Origin: Candidatus Collierbacteria bacterium
GTDB taxonomy: Bacteria; Patescibacteriota; Microgenomatia; UBA1400; JACPES01
Length of the DNA: 64,000 bases
Direction: 5' to 3'
Assembly (NCBI GenBank): GCA_016183365.1
Contig: JACPES010000003.1
Location: 473,154 to 537,153 of the forward strand
Every line of letters starts with the position of its first letter. Position 1 is the stretch's first letter. The position numbers and the translations under genes were made by a program. The notes below the pieces were generated by a model. The model did not search any database. It had not been told where the DNA came from and saw only the letters and a program-made list of their open reading frames with translations. Below are positions 9,421 to 19,853 of this stretch, piece by piece.

Positions 9421-10526
9421 AGAACAAAAAACAAAGAACAAAAAACAAAGAACAAAAAACGTTTCTTCTGACCGGAACGCATATCACTCCGGCGGTGGCT
9501 TTAACGCAGGAAATATTTTCCCGTTTCCCGGGGGTCAGGGTAGTTTATATCGGCCGGAAAAAAAATAAGAACGGAGAGAAGTCGGTGGAAAAAGAGGAGA
9601 TAACCAGAATAGGGGCTGAATTTATCCCAATTTCGTTTGCCAAACTTAACCGATTTATATCCATTTCAATTTTAACGGAGTTTCTTAAAATTCCCGGCGG
9701 GTTGATCCGGGGCTTAACCTTGGTTAAGCGAATAAAACCTGATGTAGTGGTGTCTTTTGGAGGTTATACGTCTATTCCGATTATTCTCGCCGCTAAAATA
9801 TCAGGCGTCCCGATTATTGTCCATGAGCAAACTTTAGTCTGGGGGCTGGCCAATAGAATAGCCAGGGGGCTGGCCGATTATTCCGCCATTTCCTGGGCTA
9901 AAACCGCTGATAAAAAGTCAGTTTTAACCGGAAATCCCATACCCGAGGAAATTATTTTGGCCAAAAATAAAAAAATCCAACCAAACATTTTATTTATTAC
10001 CGGCGGCAGTCAGGGATCTCAAACGATTAATCGTTTAGTTGAACCGATATTACCAGTTTTGACCAAATATTTTTTTGTTTATCATCAAACCGGAAGTTTA
10101 GATTCCCACTCCGCCAGCTGGCGGAGTGGAATGACGGAATCGCGGAAAATGAAAAATTACGTTTCTGCGGAGTGGTTTCCGACTCCAATCGTCGCCGAAA
10201 TTTTCCAAAAATCAAAGATTGTGGTCAGTCGGTCAGGAGCTAATACAATTACTTATCTATCCTATTTTGGAATTCCTTCAATATTAATCCCCTTGCCGAT
10301 TTCCGGCGGAGGAGAACAATCGGTCAATGCTAATTTGTTAGCCGAAACCGGTTTGGCCACAGTATTAAATCAGGACGGCTTAACCTCCGAAAAATTATTG
10401 GAGGAGATTCTACGGATTAATAAAAATTATGATAGGATTTGGAAATCGGGAGCTGAAAATGCCGGGCGGCTGATTATTTCCGACTCGGCCGCAAAATTAC
10501 TGGATCTGGTTGCCAAAGTCCTATGA
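9417..10526 (+). CDS. murG: Lipid II GlcNAc transferase MurG
   Basis: THITPA, FGGY, HEQ, TGNP, GGSQGS, SRSGA. Confidence 0.92.
   Translation: MKNKKQRTKNKEQKTFLLTGTHITPAVALTQEIFSRFPGVRVVYIGRKKNKNGEKSVEKEEITRIGAEFIPISFAKLNRFISISILTEFLKIPGGLIRGLTLVKRIKPDVVVSFGGYTSIPIILAAKISGVPIIVHEQTLVWGLANRIARGLADYSAISWAKTADKKSVLTGNPIPEEIILAKNKKIQPNILFITGGSQGSQTINRLVEPILPVLTKYFFVYHQTGSLDSHSASWRSGMTESRKMKNYVSAEWFPTPIVAEIFQKSKIVVSRSGANTITYLSYFGIPSILIPLPISGGGEQSVNANLLAETGLATVLNQDGLTSEKLLEEILRINKNYDRIWKSGAENAGRLIISDSAAKLLDLVAKVL
10100..10135. repeat. Family D (GATTCC...GGAATGAC) palindrome in-frame in murG
   Basis: AGATTCCCACTCCGCCAGCTGGCGGAGTGGAATGAC, encodes DSHSASWRSGMT. Confidence 0.75.
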
Positions 10527-11212
10527 TTAAAGTAGTTAAGTTCAGTCGTTCCCTGATTTTTGTCGGACTGGCCGGACTGATTTATTTAGGCACAAAATAT
10601 TTGACTATTCAGACAATTAAATGTCAGGTTGACGATTCGGCTTGTCCGCCGGATGTTTTTGCCGAATTATCCAGGAGTTACGGACAAAACGTCTATAAAG
10701 TCAGCCCCCCGGAACTGGAAGAAAAATTGTTGAAGGCTGATTTCAGATTAAAATCGGTCAAAGTCGGGTTGAGATTCCCCCTGACTTTGGCGGCGGAACT
10801 TAAAACCAGGATTCCGGTGGTTCAGATAGTAGCATCCAAAAATCTGTTTAAGGGATTATTAGTTGATGCGCAGGGAAGAATTGTGGCCGAAAGAGAAGTT
10901 GCAGGATTACCCCTGATAATTTGGAGTGAAATTTCTTCTTTCCTGCCCGGTCAGGATTTGCCAAGGGATTTGGTGTTAGCTATTCCAACCGTAAATGAAA
11001 TTTATTCTCTTTTTTCCCCCGACTCGGTGGAAATATTAAATGAAACGATAATTTTTTATTTGTCTGAAAAGACTAAAGTAAAATATCCGCTGGCCGGACC
11101 AGCTGATAAGTTGGTATCCTTGCAACTCTGGATGAATCAGGCTAGAATAAAGAATCAACCGGCGCCGTCAGAGATTGATTTAAGATTTAATTATCCGGTA
11201 ATTAAAAACTAA
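10523..11212 (+). CDS. ftsQ: Cell division protein FtsQ/DivIB-like
   Basis: N-terminal TM helix, POTRA-like segment, C-terminal IDLRF; lies between murG and ftsA. Confidence 0.75.
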   Translation: MIKVVKFSRSLIFVGLAGLIYLGTKYLTIQTIKCQVDDSACPPDVFAELSRSYGQNVYKVSPPELEEKLLKADFRLKSVKVGLRFPLTLAAELKTRIPVVQIVASKNLFKGLLVDAQGRIVAEREVAGLPLIIWSEISSFLPGQDLPRDLVLAIPTVNEIYSLFSPDSVEILNETIIFYLSEKTKVKYPLAGPADKLVSLQLWMNQARIKNQPAPSEIDLRFNYPVIKN

Positions 11213-11230
11213 TTGCCAAAAAAAGAATAT

Positions 11231-12526
11231 ATGGTGAAATCGCAGTCTTTAGTTGGGATAGACATCGGGAGCAGTAAGATTACCACTTTAATCGCTCTTC
11301 GCTCAACAGAAACTCAGAGTATAAATGTGGTTGGAGTAGCTAGTTTGCCTTCAACCGGAGTAAAAAAATCTCAAATCGTAGATATTGACGCTGCCATTAA
11401 GTCCATTACCGCTTCGGTCGAGGCTGCCGAGAGAATGGCGGGGTTATCTATTTCCAAAGCGTTTATAAATATCGGCGGGTCCCTAATTGCCAGCCGGAAC
11501 AGCACCGGGGTGGTGGCTGTATCCGAACCGGAAGGAGAAATTACTGAAAGCGACGTCCGGAGAGTGATCGACTCGGCCCGGGCGGTATCTTTGCCGGCGG
11601 CCCAGGAAGTCCTGCATGTTTTACCGCGGCAATATAAAGTTGACGGTCAGGAAGGGATTAAGGATCCGGTCAGCATGACCGGAGTCAGGTTGGAGGCCGA
11701 AGCCCATTTGGTTTTAGGATCGACCACTTCAATTAGAAATTTAACCAAGTGTGTGACCGAATTAGGGATAGGGGTTGAAGGGTTGGTTTACAGTGGTTTG
11801 GCGGCATCCGAATCGGTCTTGACAGCTACTGAAAAAGAATTGGGAGTAGTTTTGGTAGACATCGGCGGCGGAACTACTTCCATCGCCATTTGGGTTGATG
11901 GATCGTTGGCTCATTCGGCAGTTTTGCCGATTGGGGCTAAAAATATTACCAATGATTTGGCTATAGGCATGAGGTTGGGTTTGGATGTGGCAGAAGAAGT
12001 TAAAAAGCATTTAGGCGATAAACTGAAGGCGCAGGTTTCAGACAAAGAAGAAAAAGACGGAGATTTCAAAGAAGGCGATTTGGATTTAGCCAAATTCGGA
12101 GCCGAAGAGCACATCAAAGCTTCCAGGAAAACTTTGGTCGAGGGAATCATCAGGCCCAGACTCCAAGAAATATTTTCGATGGTGGGGGAGTCGATTAAGG
12201 AATCCGGGTTTGGCGGCAGAACCCCGGCCGGAATAGTGATTACCGGCGGCGGGGCTAAAACTGTCGAGGTTGATACAATTTGTAAAAGGGTATTGTCTAT
12301 GCCCACCAGAGTCGGATCTCCCCATACCCTGAATGGTTTAGTAGACGATGTTCGTCGGGAGCCTGCATACGCGGTGAGCGAGGGTTTGATTTTATACGCC
12401 TCTAAATCGAGCGCTCCGTTGTCCCGAACCGGCGGTGGCATTTCGATTGTCAGGGGAATTACGGATAAGCTGCCAAAAGGAATGTTTGGCCGGGCGATAG
12501 AGTTTGTTAAACAATTCCTTCCATAA
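11231..12526 (+). CDS. ftsA: Cell division protein FtsA
   Basis: GIDIGSSKI, AERMAG, VDIGGGTT, ITGGGA. Confidence 0.96.
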   Translation: MVKSQSLVGIDIGSSKITTLIALRSTETQSINVVGVASLPSTGVKKSQIVDIDAAIKSITASVEAAERMAGLSISKAFINIGGSLIASRNSTGVVAVSEPEGEITESDVRRVIDSARAVSLPAAQEVLHVLPRQYKVDGQEGIKDPVSMTGVRLEAEAHLVLGSTTSIRNLTKCVTELGIGVEGLVYSGLAASESVLTATEKELGVVLVDIGGGTTSIAIWVDGSLAHSAVLPIGAKNITNDLAIGMRLGLDVAEEVKKHLGDKLKAQVSDKEEKDGDFKEGDLDLAKFGAEEHIKASRKTLVEGIIRPRLQEIFSMVGESIKESGFGGRTPAGIVITGGGAKTVEVDTICKRVLSMPTRVGSPHTLNGLVDDVRREPAYAVSEGLILYASKSSAPLSRTGGGISIVRGITDKLPKGMFGRAIEFVKQFLP

Positions 12527-12652
12527 GCGATACGAATGGCACGGATAAGCATACGAATGATACGAATATTTGTGTAATTCGTATACGATTCGCCAGCCCG
12601 CCTGGACTTCGTCCATGCGAAGTGGTATCGCTTTTTCGTGGATTAGCATCGC
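12527..12652. mobile_element. Family C element (ATACGAAT variant) with a nested insert, between ftsA and ftsZ
   Basis: Starts GCGATACGAAT, ends TTCGTGGATTAGCATCGC like the 38021 copy; nested CTGGACTTCGTCCATGCG. Confidence 0.65.
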
Positions 12653-12693
12653 TACTGGTTTTTGGGTAAACTTCTGTTATACTGGGAGTAAAC

Positions 12694-13815
12694 ATGGGAT
12701 TGGTTAAGCCTGATATCAATACTTTTGCCAAAATTAAAGTCATCGGAGTCGGTGGCGGAGGCAGCAATGCCGTGTCTTCAATGGTGGCCTTAAAAAGCAT
12801 CAAGGGAGTGGATTTTGTGTGCATCAATACCGATGCCCAAGCGTTATTGACCTCGCAGACGCCGATCAAAATTCAAATCGGAGACAATTTAACCAAGGGT
12901 TTGGGGTCCGGCGCCAATCCCGCGGTCGGCAGGCAGGCAGCCGAGGAATCTTACGATAAAATTAAGGATTTATTGTTGGATACGGATATGGTATTTATCA
13001 CCGCCGGAATGGGTGGCGGCACCGGGACCGGCGGAGCTCCGGTTATAGCTCAGATTGCCAAAGAAGTCGGGGCCTTGACAGTAGCGGTGGTCACCAAACC
13101 GTTTATGTTTGAAGGAGCCCGCAGACGGTTGACGGCCGAAGAAGGAATTGAGGAATTAAAGAAGACCGTGGATACTCTGATCGTAATCCCTAACCAAAGA
13201 TTGATGGATGTCATCGACAAAAAGATGACCCTTTTGGAAGCGTTTAGAATCGCCGACTCCATTCTTGGCCAGGGGGTGCAGGGAATTTCCGACCTAATTA
13301 CGATTCCGGGGTTGATTAATGTCGATTTTGCCGATGTCAAAACGATTATGACCGATGCCGGTTCGGCCTTGATGGGGATTGGCAGCGGGACCGGGGAAAA
13401 CCGAGCCGCCATAGCGGCCAGGGCGGCCATCAACAGCTCTCTTTTGGAAGTTAGTCTGGAAGGGGCCAAGGGGATTCTTTACAACATTTATGGCGGTCCT
13501 ACACTATCGATGTTTGAAGTCAATGAAGCTTCTGAAATTATCGCCCAAGCCGCCGATCCGGACGCCAATATTATTTTCGGAGCAACTATTGATGAGGAAA
13601 TGGACGATCAGGTCAGAATTACGGTTATAGGCACCGGATTTGACGTCCACCAACGGACTTTACGCCAGTTTGTATCTACCCAACCTCAAAATCAGAAGTC
13701 TACCAACGGAACCGCCACGATTCAATCCGACGATCAGGATGATGTTACCGGCAACGGTGAGGTAAAAAGTGAAGATGAGTTCGATATTCCCGCCTTTTTG
13801 AGAAGAGGGCGGTAG
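12694..13815 (+). CDS. ftsZ: Cell division protein FtsZ
   Basis: [12 protein letters not shown] tubulin motif, INVDFAD, C-terminal DIPAFLRR. Confidence 0.98.
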   Translation: MGLVKPDINTFAKIKVIGVGGGGSNAVSSMVALKSIKGVDFVCINTDAQALLTSQTPIKIQIGDNLTKGLGSGANPAVGRQAAEESYDKIKDLLLDTDMVFITAGMGGGTGTGGAPVIAQIAKEVGALTVAVVTKPFMFEGARRRLTAEEGIEELKKTVDTLIVIPNQRLMDVIDKKMTLLEAFRIADSILGQGVQGISDLITIPGLINVDFADVKTIMTDAGSALMGIGSGTGENRAAIAARAAINSSLLEVSLEGAKGILYNIYGGPTLSMFEVNEASEIIAQAADPDANIIFGATIDEEMDDQVRITVIGTGFDVHQRTLRQFVSTQPQNQKSTNGTATIQSDDQDDVTGNGEVKSEDEFDIPAFLRRGR

Positions 13816-13816
13816 G

Positions 13817-14268
13817 GCGATCCCAATCTAGGAATGCATCCGAATGATCCGAATAATGTAGAATGTGCGAGTGAAGAATTTGGTTCATGCAAAATTATCT
13901 TACGATCTTACCGGAATATTTTTTGCATTCACAACGAGTTGGGAAGATATTGTCGGGAAAAGCAATACGGCGATCGCTTAGAATTGTTATTGCGGGAAGC
14001 TAAATTTGAGTTTTCCCGCGCAGTAGACTTGTCATCATTCGGCCACTCATTAGTTAAAGGTAATCGGGCAGATTTTGTTGTGGATAATAAGATAGTTGTT
14101 GATTTGAAAACAAAGCCGGTAATTACCAAAGAAGATTATAATCAAATGCAACGTTATTTAAAAGGATCCTGGCTTGAATTGGGTTTAATTGTAAATTTCA
14201 GGAATAAGTATCTTAAACCGAAGAGAGTGCTTAATATCGAAAGGTTTCATTCGGATAATTCTGATCGC
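13817..14268 (+). mobile_element. GxxExxY cassette bounded by GCGATC...GATCGC inverted ends
   Basis: Left GCGATCCCAATCTAGGAATGCATCCGAATGATCCGAAT, right CATTCGGATAATTCTGATCGC; sits between the ftsZ stop and ileS start. Confidence 0.7.
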
Positions 14269-14274
14269 TTATGA
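13834..14274 (+). CDS. GxxExxY family protein (PD-(D/E)XK-like nuclease), N-terminus possibly frameshifted
   Basis: HNELGRYCREKQY, RADFVVDNKIVVDLK, QMQRYLK, LGLIVNF. Confidence 0.85.
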   Translation: MHPNDPNNVECASEEFGSCKIILRSYRNIFCIHNELGRYCREKQYGDRLELLLREAKFEFSRAVDLSSFGHSLVKGNRADFVVDNKIVVDLKTKPVITKEDYNQMQRYLKGSWLELGLIVNFRNKYLKPKRVLNIERFHSDNSDRL

Positions 14275-17200
14275 GAAAATCAGCATTAATGCCGTCACTA
14301 TTCCAGGAAATCCCTCCACATCCTGACTTTATAAAAATAGAGGAGGAATTGTTGGACCATTGGTATCGGGACGGGATTGTTAAAAAATATCTTCATAAAA
14401 ACGATAAATCTCCGACAAAGTTTTCTTTCTTGGACGGGCCGATAACCGCCAATAATCCGATGGGCGTCCATCATGGCCGGGGCCGGTCGTATAAAGATTT
14501 ATGGCAAAAATATCATACCATGAAGGGCGACAGGGGAAGATATCAAAATGGTTTTGATTGTCAGGGGCTATGGGTGGAAGTTGAAGTGGAAAAGGAATTG
14601 GGCTTCAAGAACAAAAAAGAAATATTAACTTACGGAGTGGAGAAATTTGTCCAAAAGTGTCGGGAAAGAGCCTTGAAGTTTGCCGCCGTTCAAACAGAAC
14701 AGAGCAAACGTTTAGGGATGTGGGCTGATTGGGGAAATGATTATTACACCATGTCCGACGAAAACAATTATGCCATCTGGAATTTTCTTAAAGTTTGCCA
14801 TCAGCGGGGATGGATATATAAAGGAAATGATTCGGTGCCGTGGTGTCCACGGTGCGAGACCGCGATTAGTCAACACGAAATGTTGACGGAAGACTATAAG
14901 CAGGTGACGCATAAGGCGATATATTTGGAATTGCCGATAACAAAAAACAAAAAACAAAAAACGAAAAACAAGGAAAATGAATATCTATTGATTTGGACCA
15001 CTACGCCGTGGACGATTCCGGCCAATATTGCGGTGGCGGTGGATGAGAAGCTGGAATATGCGCTGGTAAAAGGCAAAACCGGAGATAAATTTTGGATTGC
15101 CAAAGACGCTGTGGACAGAGTTTTCGGGAGTGAACACCAGGGAATAGTCAAAATCGTTAAGGGAAAAGAATTGGTGGGATTGAAATACCGCGGACCCTTT
15201 GATGATTTGCCGACGGTGAAAAAAGTAGCAGAAGAATTTCCGGATAAATTTCACACCGTTGTTCCGGCTGATCCATTAATTCTGTCGATAACCGTTACCG
15301 ACGGAACAGGATTGGTACATACAGCGGTTTCGGCCGGAAGCGAAGATTTTAAATTGGGTAAGAAGCTTGGTTTGCCGATGGTGCCGGTCATCGCGGATAA
15401 CGCTGATTATTTAGACGGATTAGGATTTTTAACCGGAAAAAATGGCAAGAAGAACCCGGCACTGATTCTGGATTATCTTGCCGAGAGAGATAAGTCAGCC
15501 GGAGAAAACTGGGTTTTTGAAATTCAGGATTATCCACACCGTTATCCGGCGTGCTGGAGGTGTAAAACCGAATTGGTATGGAAAGTGACGGATGAATGGT
15601 ATATAGCGATGGATAAGCCCCAAAAGGAATCTTACTTCGGCTCGTGGTCTACGTCCACGCAGCCGAAGAACGATCCTTCGAGGTTCGGTCGTACCAGCGA
15701 ATTTTTGCAGAGCAAAAATCCGGGTCCGTCCGAAAAATCAAAGACGCTTAGGGAGCAGATGAAAGAAGTGACGAAGCAAATCAGGTGGATACCGGGATTT
15801 GGTTTAGACAGAGAATTGGATTGGTTGAATAATATGCATGATTGGTTGATCTCTAAAAAGAATAGGTTTTGGGGATTGGCTTTGCCGATTTGGGAATGCG
15901 ATAAATGCGGATATTTTGATGTAATCGGGGGAAAAAATGAACTTCGTGAAATGGCTGTGAAAGGATTGGATAAATTTAATGGTCATTCTCCGCATAAACC
16001 ATGGATTGATGAGATAAAAATGAAATGCGATAAATGCGAGTCTATGATGTCACGGATAGAACCGGTGGGAAATCCTTGGTTGGATGCCGGAATAGTTCCG
16101 TTTTCGACACTACCCGAAGATTGGTTTCCGGCGGATTTTATTACGGAGTCTTTTCCCGGCCAGTTTAAAAATTGGTTCTATTCGTTGATAGTTATGTCAA
16201 CTGTTTTGGCCGGAAAAAATCCGTTCAAAACAGTTTTGGGATTTGAATCAGTGGTGGGTGAAGACGGCCGGCCGATGCATAAAAGCTGGGGAAACGCGAT
16301 TAATTTTAACGAAGGGGCCGGCAAAATTGGGGTAGATGTTATGCGCTGGATGTATGCCAAAGTCTCTCCTACTTTTGTTTTACCATTCGGATATAAGACA
16401 GGCGATGAAATCAGGAGAAGATTTTTGCTTATTTTATGGAACTCTTTCAGGTTTTTTGTGACCAATGCCAAGGCGGATGGGTGGAAGCCGCAACGATTTA
16501 CGATTTACGATCCTTCGACAGACTCAGGACAAGTTTTACGGTTTACGAATGTCTTGGATAGATGGATATTGGCACGATTGGATGAAACGATCGAAAAAGT
16601 TACCGATTCATTGGATGACTACCAATCGGCGCCGGCAACAGAGGCCTTGGAAAAATTTACCGAAGATTTTTCAACTTGGTATATCAGAAGATCAAGAGAT
16701 AGGGTAGGGCCAACGGCCGGAGGACAGGATAAAGAAAACTGTTATCAAGCCATGTATTCGGTTTTGACCACTTTGTGCCGGTTGTTGGCCCCGTTTATGC
16801 CGTTTATAACCGACTATATGTATATGAATTTAACCGGAGAAGAATCGGTGCATTTGGCGGAATGGCCGGAGGCAAAAAGCAAAGAGCAAAAAACAAAAAG
16901 CAACCAGGAAATTATTGATCGGATGCGGCAAGTTAGGGAAATAGTGGGGTTAGGTCACGCCCAAAGGAAACTGGCGGGAATTCCTTTGCGCCAACCATTG
17001 TCGTCTATAACCGTTTCCGGTCCTGCTATCAATCCGCCTTTTGAGCAGGAGTTTATCAGTTTGATGGCTGATGAATTAAATGTCGAAAAAGTGATTTTTG
17101 AAACCGGAAGTTCACAGGAGTTAGAAGTTAAGCTAGACACTCAATTAACTTCGGAACTCAAGGTCAAAGGAAGGGCCCGGGAGATTATCCGGACGATCCA

Positions 17201-17345
17201 AAAAATGCGCAAAGAAAAGGGTGTGGGTTTGAGTGATGAAATTTCGGTCGAATTGCCGGAGTGGCCGAAGGAATTTGAAGACCAAATTAAAAAATCCACC
17301 CTAGCTGTTAAGATTGAATTCGGAAAAAAGCCGAAATTGAAATGA
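14271..17345 (+). CDS. ileS: Isoleucine--tRNA ligase with four repeat-derived insertions
   Basis: FLDGPITANNPMGVHH, GFDCQGL, WTTTPWT, GTGLVH, WLDAG, PMHKS. Confidence 0.95.
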   Translation: MRKSALMPSLFQEIPPHPDFIKIEEELLDHWYRDGIVKKYLHKNDKSPTKFSFLDGPITANNPMGVHHGRGRSYKDLWQKYHTMKGDRGRYQNGFDCQGLWVEVEVEKELGFKNKKEILTYGVEKFVQKCRERALKFAAVQTEQSKRLGMWADWGNDYYTMSDENNYAIWNFLKVCHQRGWIYKGNDSVPWCPRCETAISQHEMLTEDYKQVTHKAIYLELPITKNKKQKTKNKENEYLLIWTTTPWTIPANIAVAVDEKLEYALVKGKTGDKFWIAKDAVDRVFGSEHQGIVKIVKGKELVGLKYRGPFDDLPTVKKVAEEFPDKFHTVVPADPLILSITVTDGTGLVHTAVSAGSEDFKLGKKLGLPMVPVIADNADYLDGLGFLTGKNGKKNPALILDYLAERDKSAGENWVFEIQDYPHRYPACWRCKTELVWKVTDEWYIAMDKPQKESYFGSWSTSTQPKNDPSRFGRTSEFLQSKNPGPSEKSKTLREQMKEVTKQIRWIPGFGLDRELDWLNNMHDWLISKKNRFWGLALPIWECDKCGYFDVIGGKNELREMAVKGLDKFNGHSPHKPWIDEIKMKCDKCESMMSRIEPVGNPWLDAGIVPFSTLPEDWFPADFITESFPGQFKNWFYSLIVMSTVLAGKNPFKTVLGFESVVGEDGRPMHKSWGNAINFNEGAGKIGVDVMRWMYAKVSPTFVLPFGYKTGDEIRRRFLLILWNSFRFFVTNAKADGWKPQRFTIYDPSTDSGQVLRFTNVLDRWILARLDETIEKVTDSLDDYQSAPATEALEKFTEDFSTWYIRRSRDRVGPTAGGQDKENCYQAMYSVLTTLCRLLAPFMPFITDYMYMNLTGEESVHLAEWPEAKSKEQKTKSNQEIIDRMRQVREIVGLGHAQRKLAGIPLRQPLSSITVSGPAINPPFEQEFISLMADELNVEKVIFETGSSQELEVKLDTQLTSELKVKGRAREIIRTIQKMRKEKGVGLSDEISVELPEWPKEFEDQIKKSTLAVKIEFGKKPKLK
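15617..15733 (+). repeat. Family A double-hairpin element, copy 2 (in ileS)
   Basis: Encodes PQKESYFGSWSTSTQPKNDPSRFGRTSEFLQSKNPGPSE, near-identical to the murD insert peptide. Confidence 0.9.
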
Positions 17346-18409
17346 AAAGTTTAGTCCTCATTCTTCTTGCCTCTTCCATGTTATTAGGTTTGGGGTTAAT
17401 GATGCTTTTGAGCATTGCTCCGGAAAAAGTTCTGCCCCAGGCTCTATTTGCGGTTTTCTCGTTATTGGCGGGTTGGGTAGTTTTTAAGTTGGGGATTAAA
17501 AACCTCTTACCTTTTGTGTGGATAGCTTATATCGGGATCTTGGTTTTATTAATTCTGACTTTGATATACGGAAAAGCCGCCAAGGGTTCTTCCAGATGGA
17601 TTAAGGTGGGTTCCTTCCAGTTCCAGGCCAGCGAGTTGGCCAAACCGATTTTGTTGTTGGCATCAATTAAATTAATAGGATCCGGCTGGCCTATCTCTTC
17701 CAAAAAACAAATCGGATTATTGGTTAAATACGGTCTGGTTTTATTCTTCCCGTTTAGCTTGATCATAGCTCAGCCGGACCTAGGCTCGGCCTTAGTGCTA
17801 ATGGCCATAGCCGCTTGGATTTTTATGGCCACTTCACCACCTAAAGGTTTGTTAATCGGGTTAGGGGTTGCAGGGTTAATTTGTTTACCGTTATCCAAGT
17901 TTGGTCTGAAAGACTATCAATTACTAAGGTTGCAGTCATTTATCAATCCGTATTCTGATCCGTTAGGATCAGGCTATCATGTAATTCAGTCGACAATTGC
18001 AGTAGGATCGGGTGAAATATTCGGCCGGGGTTTGGGTTTCGGGACTCAAGGGAAATTGCGTTTTTTGCCTGAACGTCAAACCGATTTCATTTTTGCCAAT
18101 TTGGTAGAAGAATTGGGATTGGCTGGAGGGGTAACGGTGATAGGGTTGTATTCCATCATAGTCGGGATTTGCTTTTGGGAAGCCGTTAAATCCCGTAAAC
18201 CTACAGAAAGATTGATTTTTTCCGGAATCGGGGTTTGGCTGTTTTTTCAAACTTCGGTAAATATAGCCATGAATTTGGGTATTGTGCCGGTAACAGGGGT
18301 GACTTTACCTTTGTTGTCTTATGGCGGAAGTTCATTACTGTCCTCGGCGATAACTTTGGCTTTAGCCTTTTCGGCAATGAATAATCGTGAATTGGGAAGC
18401 TGGGGTTGA
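17342..18409 (+). CDS. rodA: Rod shape-determining SEDS protein RodA
   Basis: GSSRW, FQASELAK, QPDLGS, FLPERQTDFIF, GVTLPLLSYGGSS. Confidence 0.88.
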   Translation: MKSLVLILLASSMLLGLGLMMLLSIAPEKVLPQALFAVFSLLAGWVVFKLGIKNLLPFVWIAYIGILVLLILTLIYGKAAKGSSRWIKVGSFQFQASELAKPILLLASIKLIGSGWPISSKKQIGLLVKYGLVLFFPFSLIIAQPDLGSALVLMAIAAWIFMATSPPKGLLIGLGVAGLICLPLSKFGLKDYQLLRLQSFINPYSDPLGSGYHVIQSTIAVGSGEIFGRGLGFGTQGKLRFLPERQTDFIFANLVEELGLAGGVTVIGLYSIIVGICFWEAVKSRKPTERLIFSGIGVWLFFQTSVNIAMNLGIVPVTGVTLPLLSYGGSSLLSSAITLALAFSAMNNRELGSWG

Positions 18410-18434
18410 AATTTACTTGTCTTTAAGCTATATT
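18406..18434 (+). promoter_or_regulatory. Sigma70-type promoter of rplU, probably leaderless
   Basis: TTGAAA-17 nt-TATATT, 6 nt before GTG 18441. Confidence 0.6.
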
Positions 18435-18440
18435 TAACGG

Positions 18441-18761
18441 GTGAAATACGCAATAATCAAAGCCGGCGGGTCTCAATATCAGGTTTCCGAAGGTCAAGAA
18501 ATCGATATTTTTAATTTAGATAAGGAAAAAGATGAGGTTATGGTTTTCGATTCAGTGCTATTGGTAAAAGATGAGGAAAGGATATCGATTGGTCAGCCCA
18601 CAGTCAAAGGAACCAGTGTTAAAGGCAAAGTGATCGATCAAATTTTGGGAGATAAAATCAGAATCGCAACTTATAAAGCCAAATCCCGTTATCGCAAGGT
18701 AAAGGGGCATCGTGATCAATTGACCAGAGTATTGATAGAAAATATTGATGTAAAGGACTAA
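18441..18761 (+). CDS. rplU: 50S ribosomal protein L21
   Basis: [24 protein letters not shown]. Confidence 0.96.
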   Translation: MKYAIIKAGGSQYQVSEGQEIDIFNLDKEKDEVMVFDSVLLVKDEERISIGQPTVKGTSVKGKVIDQILGDKIRIATYKAKSRYRKVKGHRDQLTRVLIENIDVKD

Positions 18762-18762
18762 A

Positions 18763-19023
18763 ATGGCACATACAAAAGCCGGTGGAAAAACCAGACAGCA
18801 CAAGCAAAGAGCGGGGAAAAGACTGGGCGTTAAAAAATACGGCGGAGAGGAAGTAAATACCGGACAAATAATTCTCAGGCAGCGAGGAATGAGCATTCAT
18901 CCCGGAAAAAATGTCGGATACGGCCGCGATTATACTTTGTTTGCCAAAACCAAAGGTAAAGTAGAATTTTTAATCAGAAAAGGCAAATCAACGGTTTCAG
19001 TTCTTTCCGGAGGATCGGTATGA
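18763..19023 (+). CDS. rpmA: 50S ribosomal protein L27
   Basis: [26 protein letters not shown]. Confidence 0.97.
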   Translation: MAHTKAGGKTRQHKQRAGKRLGVKKYGGEEVNTGQIILRQRGMSIHPGKNVGYGRDYTLFAKTKGKVEFLIRKGKSTVSVLSGGSV

Positions 19024-19853
19024 TGCCGGATTACCGTCAGGTGACTGAATTGTCTATCAATCATCTTCAGCCTAATCCGCTTCAGCCGAGAGGAGCTGTT
19101 TCCGGCGATGAACTTCAAGATTTGGCGGCTTCGATCAGGGAGCATGGAATCTTAGAACCGTTGGTAGTGGCTCATACCCCGGCGGGTTATCAAATCGTGG
19201 CCGGTGAACGGCGGTGGCGGGCGGCTAAAATCGCGGGGTTGGAAACGGTCCCGGTAATAATTAAGGAAACCAGCCCGACCGGGATGTTGGAAATGGCGTT
19301 GGTAGAGAATGTCCAGCGGACCGACCTAAATCCATTAGAACGCGCCAAAGCTTTTGAAAGATTAATGAACGATTTTTCGATGAGTGTGGCTGATATTGCC
19401 AGAAGGATCAGTAAATCTTCATCTTTTGTTTCTAATACTATTCGGTTATTAATTTTGCCGGATGCCGTTAAAGACGGGTTAATCTCCGGATTGATTACTG
19501 AAGGTCACGCCAGAGCCTTGCTGGGAATTCCGGATGTTAAGGAAATGATCGAAGTGTATAAGATCTTACTGAAAGAGTCAGCTAACGTCAGGCGGGCGGA
19601 AGAATTGGCGAGAAGAGTCAAGGAAAAAATGGGTGATCACAGAGCCAGGAATCAGAATCAGCAGTTTATTGTTTCAGATCAGATCGACCTGATGGAAAAA
19701 AACCTGCTAACGGATTTAGCTAAAACCTTGACTAAGGCAAAAGTTAAATTGACCCGTTCACGGGTGGAAACTAAATTGATAATTGTTTTGAAGGGAACTC
19801 CGGAAGAAACAGAAGAGACATTGCAGAGAATAGTTAAAGGCGTTTCGGCCTAG
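19020..19853 (+). CDS. parB: ParB/Spo0J partition protein
   Basis: [36 protein letters not shown]. Confidence 0.93.
   Translation: MMPDYRQVTELSINHLQPNPLQPRGAVSGDELQDLAASIREHGILEPLVVAHTPAGYQIVAGERRWRAAKIAGLETVPVIIKETSPTGMLEMALVENVQRTDLNPLERAKAFERLMNDFSMSVADIARRISKSSSFVSNTIRLLILPDAVKDGLISGLITEGHARALLGIPDVKEMIEVYKILLKESANVRRAEELARRVKEKMGDHRARNQNQQFIVSDQIDLMEKNLLTDLAKTLTKAKVKLTRSRVETKLIIVLKGTPEETEETLQRIVKGVSA

Noticed and set aside
11911-12552. 213-aa antisense ORF and the many other 60-160 aa overlapping ORFs in the track
   Set aside because: They are shadows of well-supported genes on the opposite strand or frame and have no recognisable motifs.
19020-19853. parB as a sign of a plasmid or prophage
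   Set aside because: It is coupled to rplU-rpmA in a housekeeping context with no phage or plasmid genes nearby.
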